Positions 1 through 9,237 of a stretch of DNA of 64,000 nt are shown one piece after another. The stretch is from NCBI GenBank assembly GCA_017540905.1, contig JAFYAC010000084.1, forward strand, positions 1,216-65,215, in the 5' to 3' direction. The number at the start of each line of letters is the position of its first letter. The stretch's first letter is position 1. The position numbers were made by a program, and so were the translations under genes. Below the pieces are notes generated by a model. It did no database searches and was not told the origin of the DNA. It worked only from the letters and a program-made list of their open reading frames with translations. This DNA is from Kiritimatiellia bacterium. GTDB taxonomy: Bacteria > Verrucomicrobiota > Kiritimatiellia > CAIQIC01 > Lenti-01.

Positions 1-1666
1 CCCAGGCCCGCTGCTGGCGGAGCATCGCGCCGGCCCGGTCCAGCACGCGTTTTTTCCATCCGTTGAAGAATCCGTCCAGCGCCGCCGGCGTCGGCCCCGC
101 GGCCATTTCGCCCGAAAACAGCATCGGGTCCCAGTTCCAGCCCTGGCGGCCCTGCGCCTCTTCCAGGCGCGTGGTTTCCGCTTCCAGCGCGTCGAGATAG
201 CGCTGGTCGCCCGTCAGCGCGTGCAGGTTCACCGCGGCCTTCACGAACTCGGGCTCGGGCAGCTCGTCCGGTTCGTCCCAGTAGACGGCTTCGGTCGAAT
301 CGATCCACCGCCCGTCCTCGCGTTGGATGCCGAACATCACCGTTTCGGGCTTCCGGCCCACCGCGAACTCCCACGCCCGTTCCGCGCTCACCAGGTACTT
401 CCCGCGGAAGCGCGCGTCGCACCGGACCAGCAGCGACGCGTGCGCCGCGTACGCCAGCGAACTGGCCCGCGTCGCCCGCGACAGGGCGTACGGCATCGGA
501 TCGCGTTCCGCCACGTTCCCCGGCACGGGGTGCCCCGTGCTCTCCACCCACGTCCCCACCCCGCCGTCCTTCTGCTGCCCCTGGAGCAGGTGGCGCAGCC
601 CCCACTCCGCCTCGTCCAGGATGTCCGGGATGCCGTTCGACCGCTCCGGGATCCGCAGCTGGTGGTCCGCGAAATTCCCCGGCCGCATCAGGTAGACCGC
701 GCACAGGTCGTTGACGATCTTCAGGTGCTGCGGCCGCCGGTCGTAGTCCGCCGCGTCGTGCCATCCCCCCGACAGGTGCAGCCGCTCGCCGTGCGCCCAG
801 TCGGTGGTCTCCTGCACGAGGGTTGTCCACAACACCTTCGGCGACACCTTGCCCTCCTCGGGCGGGAACACCCCGCGCACGACGTTCGTGTGGCAGGCCT
901 CCGCGATCCAGTGCGTGTAGGGCTCCTCCTTGGCGATGCCGCAGCGTTTCTGGTAGAGGCCGCCCATGTGGACGCGGAACGCCGCCTCCGCCGCGCCGCG
1001 CCAAATCCGGAACGTCCGGCTCCGCCCCACCCCCGGCACCCGCACGTAGTACTCCCCTTCGCGCTCCACGTCCGAGAAATCCATCTCGTACGTGTCCTCG
1101 CCCGACCACTGCGCCCCCTCCTGCGTCAGCGAGTCCTCCACCCGCACGCGCGGCGGCTCCGGGCTGTCCTTTGCGACCTCCCCCGTCGCCGCGTCCACCA
1201 GCTGCCAGCCCGCCAGCCCGGCGTGCGGCTTCCACGCGCCCAGCTCCGGTCCGAGCCACGCCCCCATGTAGGCGTACTTCGGCGCCCACGGCAGGTATCC
1301 CACCTGGTTGACCTTGAACAGAGGGCTCGGCGCGTCCGGATCGTACTCCTCCGGCGGCTCCTCCCAGGTGCGGAAACGCGCGTGGACGATCCGGGGTTCG
1401 GGTTGCCAGAACGTGTTGCCGAAGCCCTGCATCCACCGCCCCGCCTGGCCCGGCACGTACCGTCCCAACCGCCCGACGGCCCGCATGGCCAGCCACTTCC
1501 GCGGCGGCCCCTCCAGCGGGTCGGCCAACCCCACCGGAACCGGCCAGTGGTTCGGGTCCGACGCCCACGACGCCCCGATCCCCGGGTCGTCCGTCTGTTC
1601 GACGGCCGTGTACGGATCGAGGAACCGCAGCAGCACCGCCGCCACCATTGCGTTCGTCCAGCTCAT
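1..1666 (-). CDS. Glycoside hydrolase family 9-like protein (Ig-like CelD_N module plus catalytic domain); 3' end lies beyond the window edge
   Basis: Absent from the ORF track because it is open at the left edge. Hand translation of the minus strand from ATG 1666 gives MSWTNAMVAAVLL, FKVNQVGYLPWAPKYAY, GEYYVRVPGVGRSRTFRI and LSGGWHDAADYDRRPQH (GH9 GGWxDAGD-type motif). Overlapping + ORFs 221..1792 and 823..1311 are R/P-rich shadows. Confidence 0.7.
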   Translation of the reverse strand, partial: MSWTNAMVAAVLLRFLDPYTAVEQTDDPGIGASWASDPNHWPVPVGLADPLEGPPRKWLAMRAVGRLGRYVPGQAGRWMQGFGNTFWQPEPRIVHARFRTWEEPPEEYDPDAPSPLFKVNQVGYLPWAPKYAYMGAWLGPELGAWKPHAGLAGWQLVDAATGEVAKDSPEPPRVRVEDSLTQEGAQWSGEDTYEMDFSDVEREGEYYVRVPGVGRSRTFRIWRGAAEAAFRVHMGGLYQKRCGIAKEEPYTHWIAEACHTNVVRGVFPPEEGKVSPKVLWTTLVQETTDWAHGERLHLSGGWHDAADYDRRPQHLKIVNDLCAVYLMRPGNFADHQLRIPERSNGIPDILDEAEWGLRHLLQGQQKDGGVGTWVESTGHPVPGNVAERDPMPYALSRATRASSLAYAAHASLLVRCDARFRGKYLVSAERAWEFAVGRKPETVMFGIQREDGRWIDSTEAVYWDEPDELPEPEFVKAAVNLHALTGDQRYLDALEAETTRLEEAQGRQGWNWDPMLFSGEMAAGPTPAALDGFFNGWKKRVLDRAGAMLRQQRAW

Positions 1667-1676
1667 GCTTTCCTTT

Positions 1677-3212
1677 CTACTCCATCGGGCGGTAGACGCG
1701 GAAGCCGTGGAATTCGTCCACCAGCGGCCATCCACGCCCGGCGATGTAATCGGTCAGCGTGCCATGGGTGTCCCACGTGTCGGGACGGTTGACCAGCACC
1801 AGGTCCGGGGCCGGCGCGTCCCGCAGTTCTTCGATGCCGGGGGAGGAGCAGTGGACGAAGCGGTCGGTTTCCTCCAAGGCCGGATTGTAGATCAAGGCAG
1901 TCAGGGAGTTGCAGGACATCCACACGCATTGGCCCTCCCGCAACGCCTCCGTGGCGATGGATACCGCGCGCCGGTAGTCTTCCTTGCCGTGCCGGTCCCC
2001 GAAACGGAGCGCCAGCGACGACGCGGCCAACGCCGCCAGCAGCACCGCCACCGCCGCGCGGGGGGCGGCCCTGCGGGACGCCAGCATCCGGTCCGCCCAC
2101 ACGGCCACGGCCAGGAGCGCGGCGGGGAATACGGGCATCGCGTGCCGTGCGCGCACGGCCATGTCGTCGGCGAACCCGACGGCGTGCATCGAGAGCACGC
2201 CCAGCACGCCCAGCAGGAGCGGCACGGCATGGGGCGGCACGCGGAACCCGCGGGAACGGCCCCCCTCCGCCGCGCGGGCGCGGGCGCGGCTCCGCCACTC
2301 CCGCCAGCCTTCCACGGCGAAAAACGCGTTCGCCGCCCCGAAAAGCGCCAGCGGCAGCGCGTACGGCACCGCCGCGCGCACGCCCCCCACCCGCATCACC
2401 AGCCGCGCCGGCCCAAGTCCGGAAAAGCCCAGCCATTCATAGGCGAAGAACGCCATCGTCGCCGGCGTGGGCGGTCCCAAGTTCGTTCCCCGCGCGCCTA
2501 CCATCAGGGTGTGGAGATACCAGCCGCCCAGCAGCGCCAGCCCCGCGGCGTCGACCGCCAGCCACGCCCAATGGGCCGCCAGGAAGCGCTTGAACCACTT
2601 TTCCCGGACAATCCGCACCAGCAGCCACAGGCACGCCCAAAAGGCGTACACCACCCCCGTCAGGGCCGCACCGCACGTCATCAGCACCCCCGCCGAAAAC
2701 GCCCCGAAACCGAACTTCTCCAACGGTTTTCCGCTTCCCTCCGCAATGGAAAGGAACATCAACGTCCCTCCCGCGAAATGCAGGATGTACCCCTTCGCTT
2801 CGTCCATGTACATGGCGACGAAGGGCGACACCGCCGCCAGGAGGCACCACAACGCCCTGACGCGCCGGCTCCACCGCCGCCGCGTGGCCACGTATCCGAA
2901 CGCCACGGCCATCCAGACCCCGTTCAGCGCGCGCAAGCCCCACTCGGAACGGCCCGCCACCTTCGCCCACACCCACTGGGAGAGCATGAAAAGCGGCTGT
3001 TGCAAATCCGAACCGCGGGTCGCGGAAAAGCCCTTCCAAAAATCCCCGAACGCCGGTTTCATGGATTTCGACACCGCCATCCCTTCGTCCAGCCAAAACG
3101 ACTGCCCCGTGACCCACAGGCCCAAAACCAGCCAGCACGCAATCACCGCCAAAGGGAAGCCCCATTGGCAAGCCTTCGAACCCGTTGCCGTGTTTTCTTG
3201 TCTTTCTTTCAT
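1677..3212 (-). CDS. GT-C fold membrane glycosyltransferase (ArnT/PMT_2-like)
   Basis: ORF 1677..3305. Polytopic hydrophobic protein with FWLDEGMAV (Asp/Glu motif in the first loop) and a soluble C-terminal domain. Start trimmed to internal ATG 3212 (MKERQ...), just before the first TM helix. The stop lies 10 nt upstream of the GH9-like start. Confidence 0.6.
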   Translation of the reverse strand: MKERQENTATGSKACQWGFPLAVIACWLVLGLWVTGQSFWLDEGMAVSKSMKPAFGDFWKGFSATRGSDLQQPLFMLSQWVWAKVAGRSEWGLRALNGVWMAVAFGYVATRRRWSRRVRALWCLLAAVSPFVAMYMDEAKGYILHFAGGTLMFLSIAEGSGKPLEKFGFGAFSAGVLMTCGAALTGVVYAFWACLWLLVRIVREKWFKRFLAAHWAWLAVDAAGLALLGGWYLHTLMVGARGTNLGPPTPATMAFFAYEWLGFSGLGPARLVMRVGGVRAAVPYALPLALFGAANAFFAVEGWREWRSRARARAAEGGRSRGFRVPPHAVPLLLGVLGVLSMHAVGFADDMAVRARHAMPVFPAALLAVAVWADRMLASRRAAPRAAVAVLLAALAASSLALRFGDRHGKEDYRRAVSIATEALREGQCVWMSCNSLTALIYNPALEETDRFVHCSSPGIEELRDAPAPDLVLVNRPDTWDTHGTLTDYIAGRGWPLVDEFHGFRVYRPME

Positions 3213-3323
3213 GTCCAATGCCCGAATGTGATGGATTTCAACGTCTCCGCTTCCCGAGGTTTCCTGTTTCGGGGAATGCGCGTTCCGGAATCGTGTGCCC
3301 GTCAAACCCGCCTAGCCCGTTTC

Positions 3324-4640
3324 TCATCCCGCAGGCAGTTCGAACTTGTACGGCTTCTCGACCGTCAAGTAGAGGTAAAAACTCCATGCGGTCAGGGCAA
3401 GCATGAAAATGGGGGTCAGGGGAAATACATGGAGATAATCGAAGTGGAACGGATTGTCGCTCAAATACACGATGGAGCCGACGCGGGGGATTTTTCCGAG
3501 CCAGGAGGACACTTGGAGAATGACCCTTCCCGGAATGTCCAGAAACAGCGGGAAGAGAAGGGTGATTCCGAAGAGCTTCCACCGCCTAGTCCTGGCAAAA
3601 TCGAAAAGTCTTGCCATCAGCAGGGGGAAGACCAGGAGCAAATCATGCAATCCATGGTACGAAACCAACATGGTCAAGCAGAAAGCCAACAGCAACACCG
3701 TGTCCGTCATGTACCGGTTTTTGCATTCCCGCGCGACCAGCCAAATCATCATGCCGCAAACAAGGGCCTTCAAAACATGGTTGGCGGCGGAAAGCCTGAA
3801 AAAACCGAGATGGCACATCATCGGGTTGGAATCGAAATGGTTCGATTGCCCTGGCTGCATGAAAATTTCCACGGCCTTGGAATAGCCTGCGTAGACATCG
3901 GCCAAGTTGTTTCCCCGGAAAGCGGGCGACAGCGAAAAAAGGAGGAAAAGCAGGAATGCCGCAACGCACAATTTCCTGTATCCCTTGAAAAACAGCAACG
4001 GTGCGAAAACCGTGAGCACGCTGTATTTGGTGACGGCCATGAAAGCAAACAAAAAAACGCACGTTGCATTGACAAGCAGTCGGGATGCGCGGGAAGGGCC
4101 GGGGGACGGCTTCGCCCCCCCCGCACACCAGAACATGCCATACAGGCAGAGCGCCAGGATGATGGTGATCTGGCCGGCGCGCATGGAATTCATCACGCTG
4201 GAGGACGAAAAAAAGCAAAGGCAGCAGACCCCGAAAACAAGCTGCCTTCCGCCGCGTGAAAACAAATCACGCCACTGGTAGCCGCATGCCCTGACCAATG
4301 TCAATCCAATCAGGAGGTACGAAAGCACGACGTTGAGCAGAATGAATCCAATTTGCAGGGCATCGCTCCACAGATATCCGGGCAGTGAAAAAAACGGCAT
4401 TTGCCCGGGATAGGTGATCGGGACAAGACCCTTGGCGGCGAAATGGAAAATCCCGTCCTGGTTGAGTGCGTCGACGTTGTCGGGGAAAGGATTGATTCCC
4501 TGGAAAAGTGTTTTGGATATGGCACTGTATCCCGCGAGGTCGACCAGCCACATCCCTTGGTGGATCAGCATGAGAATCCGCAACAAGGGAACAAGAAAAA
4601 GCGGAATGGCAATGCACCAATACAAAAACCTGTTTTTCAT
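3324..4640 (-). CDS. Polytopic membrane protein, GT-C-like (DUF2029/GT87-like) glycosyltransferase candidate
   Basis: 438-aa ORF with ATG start and more than 10 hydrophobic helices (MKNRFLYWCIAIPLFLVPLL...). G+C is clearly lower than its neighbours (about 47% in sampled 60-nt lines against about 70%). The family call is tentative. Confidence 0.5.
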   Translation of the reverse strand: MKNRFLYWCIAIPLFLVPLLRILMLIHQGMWLVDLAGYSAISKTLFQGINPFPDNVDALNQDGIFHFAAKGLVPITYPGQMPFFSLPGYLWSDALQIGFILLNVVLSYLLIGLTLVRACGYQWRDLFSRGGRQLVFGVCCLCFFSSSSVMNSMRAGQITIILALCLYGMFWCAGGAKPSPGPSRASRLLVNATCVFLFAFMAVTKYSVLTVFAPLLFFKGYRKLCVAAFLLFLLFSLSPAFRGNNLADVYAGYSKAVEIFMQPGQSNHFDSNPMMCHLGFFRLSAANHVLKALVCGMMIWLVARECKNRYMTDTVLLLAFCLTMLVSYHGLHDLLLVFPLLMARLFDFARTRRWKLFGITLLFPLFLDIPGRVILQVSSWLGKIPRVGSIVYLSDNPFHFDYLHVFPLTPIFMLALTAWSFYLYLTVEKPYKFELPAG

Positions 4641-4688
4641 TTCATCTTTCCTTCCATCGGCGAACCATCGCCTGGCTCCATGCTTTCG

Positions 4689-5828
4689 TCAACGCCCTCC
4701 CGTCAGCAAGGCGTACATGCGTGGCAGCCACCGCTTCGTTCCTTCGGCCAGGGCCAGCGACACGCCCAGGGGGACGGCAATCCGCAGCAGGAAAATCCCC
4801 GCCGCCGGCACGTGCAACCGCGTCGTCAGCAACTGCTGCGAGCGGTCGCACATCAAGGTGAACATGACCCCCATGTGGGCCGCGTACACGAAAAAGGAAT
4901 CCTTCGCCACCGGAAGGCGGGCGAGGCGGCCGGCCCCGGGCAGGAAATCGTACAAAACCCACACCGCCCCCACGCCGAGCACGTTGGTGGCCTTGGAGAG
5001 CAGGATTTTCGCCGTCATGCAGTCCTCCCCGCCGTGGAGCCGCAGGAAAACGTACCCGACGCACGCCGCCAGCCACACCGCCGGCAGCGCCGCGCGCAGC
5101 CGCCCGATCCCGTCCCGCGGAACGGGGTGCCGCGCCAGGTACAGCCCCAGCGGGAAGAAGAGGAACCCGCGCAGGCTCAGCCCCGTCTCGAACAGCTGCC
5201 AGCAGGAACGCGGCATCCAGTCGTGCAGGAAGAACGCCGTCCCGGCCGCCAAGAGGTACACCGCCCCCCAGAAGCGGCTGGACGCGATCTTCATGAACAC
5301 CGGCGCCGCCAGGACCAGCAGGAACAGTTCGCGGACGTACCACATCGGGCCGTTGGCCGGCGCGTACCGCAAATCCCCGCCGTAGACGAGGACCAGGTTC
5401 CACGCCGACGCCAGCGGTTCCCGCAGGCAGGTGTTGGACGTCGGCGGCCGCCCCGCCAGGTGGTTGCCCAAAACCGTGAACGGAATCACCGTCACGGCGA
5501 AAAGGGTGCACCAAAGGAGATAGGGGACCAGCAGCGTGCGCACCCGCTTCTTCACGCCCTTCCCGTACCAGCCGGGCGCCGTCCCGCAACCCGATTTGAC
5601 CGCCAGCAGGTACCCCGAAATCACGAAGAAGATCGGCACGCCGAACGTCGGCAGGGTCCATCCCGCCAGCAACGCGAGCCACGCCGTCGCGCCCCCCGCC
5701 TCCACCATGGAATTCTGGTAGGCGTGGAGCATCACGATGCAGCACGCGCTGAGGAACGACACGCCGACGAGCTTTTCGCTGAGGCGCGGGCCGATGGCCG
5801 TGGACGGCGGTTGGGAGGGGCGGTTCAT
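4689..5828 (-). CDS. Acyltransferase family 3 (OafA/WecH-like O-acyltransferase)
   Basis: ORF 4689..5993 trimmed to ATG 5828 (MNRPSQ...). About 10 TM helices, with FLSACCIVMLHAY, GVPIFFVISGYLL and LWYVRELF-type motifs typical of acyltransferase_3. Confidence 0.7.
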   Translation of the reverse strand: MNRPSQPPSTAIGPRLSEKLVGVSFLSACCIVMLHAYQNSMVEAGGATAWLALLAGWTLPTFGVPIFFVISGYLLAVKSGCGTAPGWYGKGVKKRVRTLLVPYLLWCTLFAVTVIPFTVLGNHLAGRPPTSNTCLREPLASAWNLVLVYGGDLRYAPANGPMWYVRELFLLVLAAPVFMKIASSRFWGAVYLLAAGTAFFLHDWMPRSCWQLFETGLSLRGFLFFPLGLYLARHPVPRDGIGRLRAALPAVWLAACVGYVFLRLHGGEDCMTAKILLSKATNVLGVGAVWVLYDFLPGAGRLARLPVAKDSFFVYAAHMGVMFTLMCDRSQQLLTTRLHVPAAGIFLLRIAVPLGVSLALAEGTKRWLPRMYALLTGGR

Positions 5829-5929
5829 GCCGGCGAGTCTAGCCCATCCACCCCCGAATGCAAGTTTGCAAGTTTGCTTTGCCAGCGCGCCGCGGGTCGG
5901 GTATGGTGGCGGGGTTTCCAGCGAAAGGC

Positions 5930-7657
5930 ATGACCATGAACCCTGTCGATTTCCTCGAGGCCCGCGTCGCCGCCGTCCGCGCCCGCCTGACACCCGGACG
6001 CTTCTACCCGCTGCTGCTCGCGGCGCTCGTGCTCGCCGGCCTGGCCGTGTTCCTGCTGCCGGGCATCGCCTCCGGCAACGACATGTACTACCATTTCACC
6101 CGCATCCACACCATGTGCCAGGACTTCCGGCTCGGCGAAATCCCCGCCATGGTCAACCACGGGGCCATCTCCAACTACGGCTACGCCACCGGCCTCTTCT
6201 ACCCGGACGTCTTCCTCTACCCCTGGGCCTTCCTCGTGCTCTGCGGCATGGGCATCGTCGCCGCCTACAAATGCTTCGTCGCCGCCTGGATGCTCCTGAC
6301 CGCCTTCAGCGCCTACTTCTGCGCGAGGAAACTGTCCGCGACGCACTTCGGCGCCTTCGCCGCCGCCCTCCTCTACTCGTGGAGCAGCTACCTCGCGACG
6401 GACCTGTTCCCCCGCGCCGCGCTGGGCGAGTTCCTCGTCTTCGCCTTCATGCCCTGGATCCTCTGGGGCCTCCACGAAATCCTCTTCGGCGACCCGCGCC
6501 GCTTCTGGTGGTTCTCCTTCGGGTTCGCCGGCGTGGTCTGTTCCCACGGGCTTTCGCTGATCATCCTCTCGTTCCTGTGCGGCGCCATCGTCGCGTTCAA
6601 CTTCCTCCGCCTGCTGCGCGAGCCGCGCCGGCTGCTGTACCTGGCCCTCTCGCCCCTCCCCGTCCTGCTCGTCGGCGCCGCCGTCCTCGCGCCATCCGCG
6701 GAGCAGTTCGCCCACTTCGAATTCCTGATCAAGGGGGAAAAGAACGCCGACTTCCTCGCCCGCTGCATGCCCGCCCTCAAGCTCTTCCTCGAAATCCCGA
6801 CCTGCGAACTCGAGATCTGGCATCCCTCCGGCGTCGGCACGATTTTCCTGATCCTGCTCCTCCTGCGCGGGAAGCTGGTCTCCAAGCGCACCCCCGCCGA
6901 ACGCTACCGCGACATCCTCCTGATCGCCGGCGTCTCCTGCCTCGCCCTGTCCACCAGCATGCCGCCGTGGAAGGAGGTCCTCCAGCCGCTCATCATCGTC
7001 CAGTTCCCCTGGCGGTTCTTCGCCCCGGCCACGGCGTTCCTCGCCTTCGGCGGCGGCCTGGTGCTTTCAACGCACGTGGGGTCGGACTGGAAACGGGAGC
7101 GCTACTGGCTGGTGGTCGTCGTCATGGGCTCCGCCAGCATGTGGTTCGCCAACGTCGGCTACACCTACGGCTCGTCCCTCCGCGCCGGGGGCCTCGTCCG
7201 CGGCTACGCGCCCGGCCGCCCGCAGGAAGCCAGCGGCATCCACTACCTGCCCCTCGGCTCGATCCTCGATCTCGAAATCCGCGAACGCGGCGATGTCGCC
7301 ACCCCCTCCCACCCCCTCGATTGCACGGTCACCCGCCCGCAGATCAACGTGCTCGAGCTCGCCTTCTCCGGCAACGCCGCCGACAACGAAGTCGAGCTCC
7401 CGCTCCTGCCATACTGGGGCTACCGCGCGCGCCTCACCGCGCCCGGCGGCGCGGAACGCGAACTCGCCATCGGCCAGGGGCCGAACAAGTTCCTCTCCGT
7501 GAAAATCCCCGCCGACTGCCCCTCCGGCACCGTGTCCGTCCGCTACGAAGCCACCCGCATCCAGCGCGCCTCCCAGGCCTGCTCCCTCCTCTCGTCCGCC
7601 GCCTGGCTCGCCTTCGCCCTCCGCGCCCGCTCCCGCCGGAAGAAGGCGGCCGCCTGA
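5930..7657 (+). CDS. YfhO-like GT-C membrane glycosyltransferase
   Basis: ORF 5858..7657 trimmed to ATG 5930 (MTMNPVDF). Has a GNDMYYHFTRIHTM motif, many TM helices and a C-terminal beta-rich extracytoplasmic domain with a final TM. Divergent from the acyltransferase gene. Confidence 0.6.
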   Translation: MTMNPVDFLEARVAAVRARLTPGRFYPLLLAALVLAGLAVFLLPGIASGNDMYYHFTRIHTMCQDFRLGEIPAMVNHGAISNYGYATGLFYPDVFLYPWAFLVLCGMGIVAAYKCFVAAWMLLTAFSAYFCARKLSATHFGAFAAALLYSWSSYLATDLFPRAALGEFLVFAFMPWILWGLHEILFGDPRRFWWFSFGFAGVVCSHGLSLIILSFLCGAIVAFNFLRLLREPRRLLYLALSPLPVLLVGAAVLAPSAEQFAHFEFLIKGEKNADFLARCMPALKLFLEIPTCELEIWHPSGVGTIFLILLLLRGKLVSKRTPAERYRDILLIAGVSCLALSTSMPPWKEVLQPLIIVQFPWRFFAPATAFLAFGGGLVLSTHVGSDWKRERYWLVVVVMGSASMWFANVGYTYGSSLRAGGLVRGYAPGRPQEASGIHYLPLGSILDLEIRERGDVATPSHPLDCTVTRPQINVLELAFSGNAADNEVELPLLPYWGYRARLTAPGGAERELAIGQGPNKFLSVKIPADCPSGTVSVRYEATRIQRASQACSLLSSAAWLAFALRARSRRKKAAA

Positions 7658-7674
7658 CCGACACGGCCCCCTTG

Positions 7675-8460
7675 TCACCTGAAACGGTCCGGCAACCACT
7701 GGTCGAGCATCTCGTCGAGCTTCCCGTTGGCCTTCCACTTGTCGAGGGCGGCGTTCGCGGCGGAGAGCAGCGCGGCGTTGCCGGGATGGATCGCCCACGC
7801 GATGTCCTGCTGCTGGAGCGGGTACGGGATGACCTCCAGCACGCCCGGATGCTTGGCCGACAGGTCCAGCACCGCCGCCAGGTCGTCGACGTAGATCGAG
7901 TAGCGGTTGTGCTCCAGGTCCTGGGGAACCGCGTCGTAGTCGGTGATGGGCACCACCCGCGCCCGCGGGCAGTGTTGCCGCACGAACGTCTCGCCGTAGG
8001 TGTGGCGGAGCACGCCGACGGACGCGTTGACGGAGAGAATCTGCGACGCGGAGGCGTACGACCGCGCCCAACCCTTGCGGGTGACCGCGACGAGCGGATT
8101 GTTCAGGTAGGGCTTGCAGAAGCGGATTTTGTACGCCCGCGCCGGCGTCACCGTCAGCCCCGACATCAGGATGTCCACGCGCCCGTCGAGCAGCGCGGGA
8201 ATCAGCTCCTCGAACCCCATCTGCACGATTTCCACCCCGCAACCGAGTTCCTTCGCCAGCGCCGCGGCGAAGTCCGCCTCCAGCCCCCGCGGCTCCCCTT
8301 CGGATTCCATGCAAATCGGCGGATAGTTCGGCGAAAATCCCACGCGCAGGGTCTGGATTTCCGGCGCGGGCACGGGCGGCGGCGTAACGCACCCCCCGCC
8401 CCACATGGCGGACAGGACGGCAACCAACATGGCGGAAAAACGGGCGAATCTCTTTTTCAT
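7675..8460 (-). CDS. Amino-acid ABC-type substrate-binding lipoprotein (SBP_bac_3 family)
   Basis: ORF 7675..8583 trimmed to MKKRFARFSAMLVAVLSAMWGGGC (lipobox), with GAGG 6 nt upstream. Body: LRVGFSPNYPPICMES..., DILMSGLTVTPARA. No permease or ATPase gene is adjacent. Confidence 0.75.
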   Translation of the reverse strand: MKKRFARFSAMLVAVLSAMWGGGCVTPPPVPAPEIQTLRVGFSPNYPPICMESEGEPRGLEADFAAALAKELGCGVEIVQMGFEELIPALLDGRVDILMSGLTVTPARAYKIRFCKPYLNNPLVAVTRKGWARSYASASQILSVNASVGVLRHTYGETFVRQHCPRARVVPITDYDAVPQDLEHNRYSIYVDDLAAVLDLSAKHPGVLEVIPYPLQQQDIAWAIHPGNAALLSAANAALDKWKANGKLDEMLDQWLPDRFR

Positions 8461-8539
8461 GGGCATCCTCGCATAACCAACCTGCCGCATACTATGCCCC
8501 CCTACCCCACCCGTCAAGAATCCCTTGCCCTCCTTGCAT

Positions 8540-8574
8540 CCGCAAACTCGTCTCTCGTCTCTCGTCACTCGTTG
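8540..8574. repeat. CCGCAAACTCG + (TCTCTCG/TCACTCG)n heptamer module
   Basis: ccgcaaactcgtctctcgtctctcgtcactcgttg. Related copies at 9133..9164, about 43320..43345 and 43924..44020. Confidence 0.8.
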
Positions 8575-8928
8575 CCCCCCCAAGCACCGGGGGGACGGCG
8601 CCCTCGCCCGTCTTCATGCAAGGGGGGTACGGATGGGACAATCCATGGGCTTTCCAACCACGAGCGGACGCCCCCCCCCGCCCCCACACACTCACCACAC
8701 ACACACCGCCCCAATCTCCATCAACTCGCGATATCAAGGAAAACTCCCCTATTCAGCCCCATTTTTACCCATCTTCTCCCCCATGAACATGACGCCCCTC
8801 TCCCCCCCGGCGCGAGATGCTCGCGATATCAAGGCATTCCTGCGGGTTTCCCTTGGTATCCTGTCCGTCCCATGGCGATTGCACTCCGCATTGTCCTTTG
8901 CCCGGGACGTTGGTTCCCGTGGCTTCCC

Positions 8929-8954
8929 GGGAGGGCCCGGCTTCGTCCGGGCCG
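8929..8954. repeat. GGGAGGG-headed hairpin module (GGGAGGGCCCGGCTTCGTCCGGGCCG)
   Basis: Identical core at 50675..50700 and 63802..63827. Confidence 0.85.
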
Positions 8955-9007
8955 AGTCCAAGGACTTCGCCAGCCGCATCCCTTGTGGTTCCCCATGGCC
9001 GGGATGG

Positions 9008-9032
9008 GTAGGGCGGGCAGTCCCTGCCCGCC
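9008..9032 (+). repeat. REP-like element: GTAG head plus perfect 9-bp stem hairpin
   Basis: gtagggcgggcagtccctgcccgcc. The same element occurs inverted at 43472..43497 and 48065..48089. The flank ggag(c/t)c.gtcatgcc is also conserved. Confidence 0.85.
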
Positions 9033-9237
9033 GGAGCCAGTCATGCCGCGGGAATGCGCCGGAGGTGCACGGCCTCGGGGTTTCCGGGTTCCGGCCGGTT
9101 TGTTTAAGGGAATGGCGCTGCCGACAGGCCGCACCGCAAACCCGTCGTCCGTCACCCGTCGCCCGCCGCTCGTTTTTCCCGCTTGCGTCCTTGGCGCGGG
9201 GGCTTACAATCGGCGGCGCGAAAAGAAAGGAACGATC

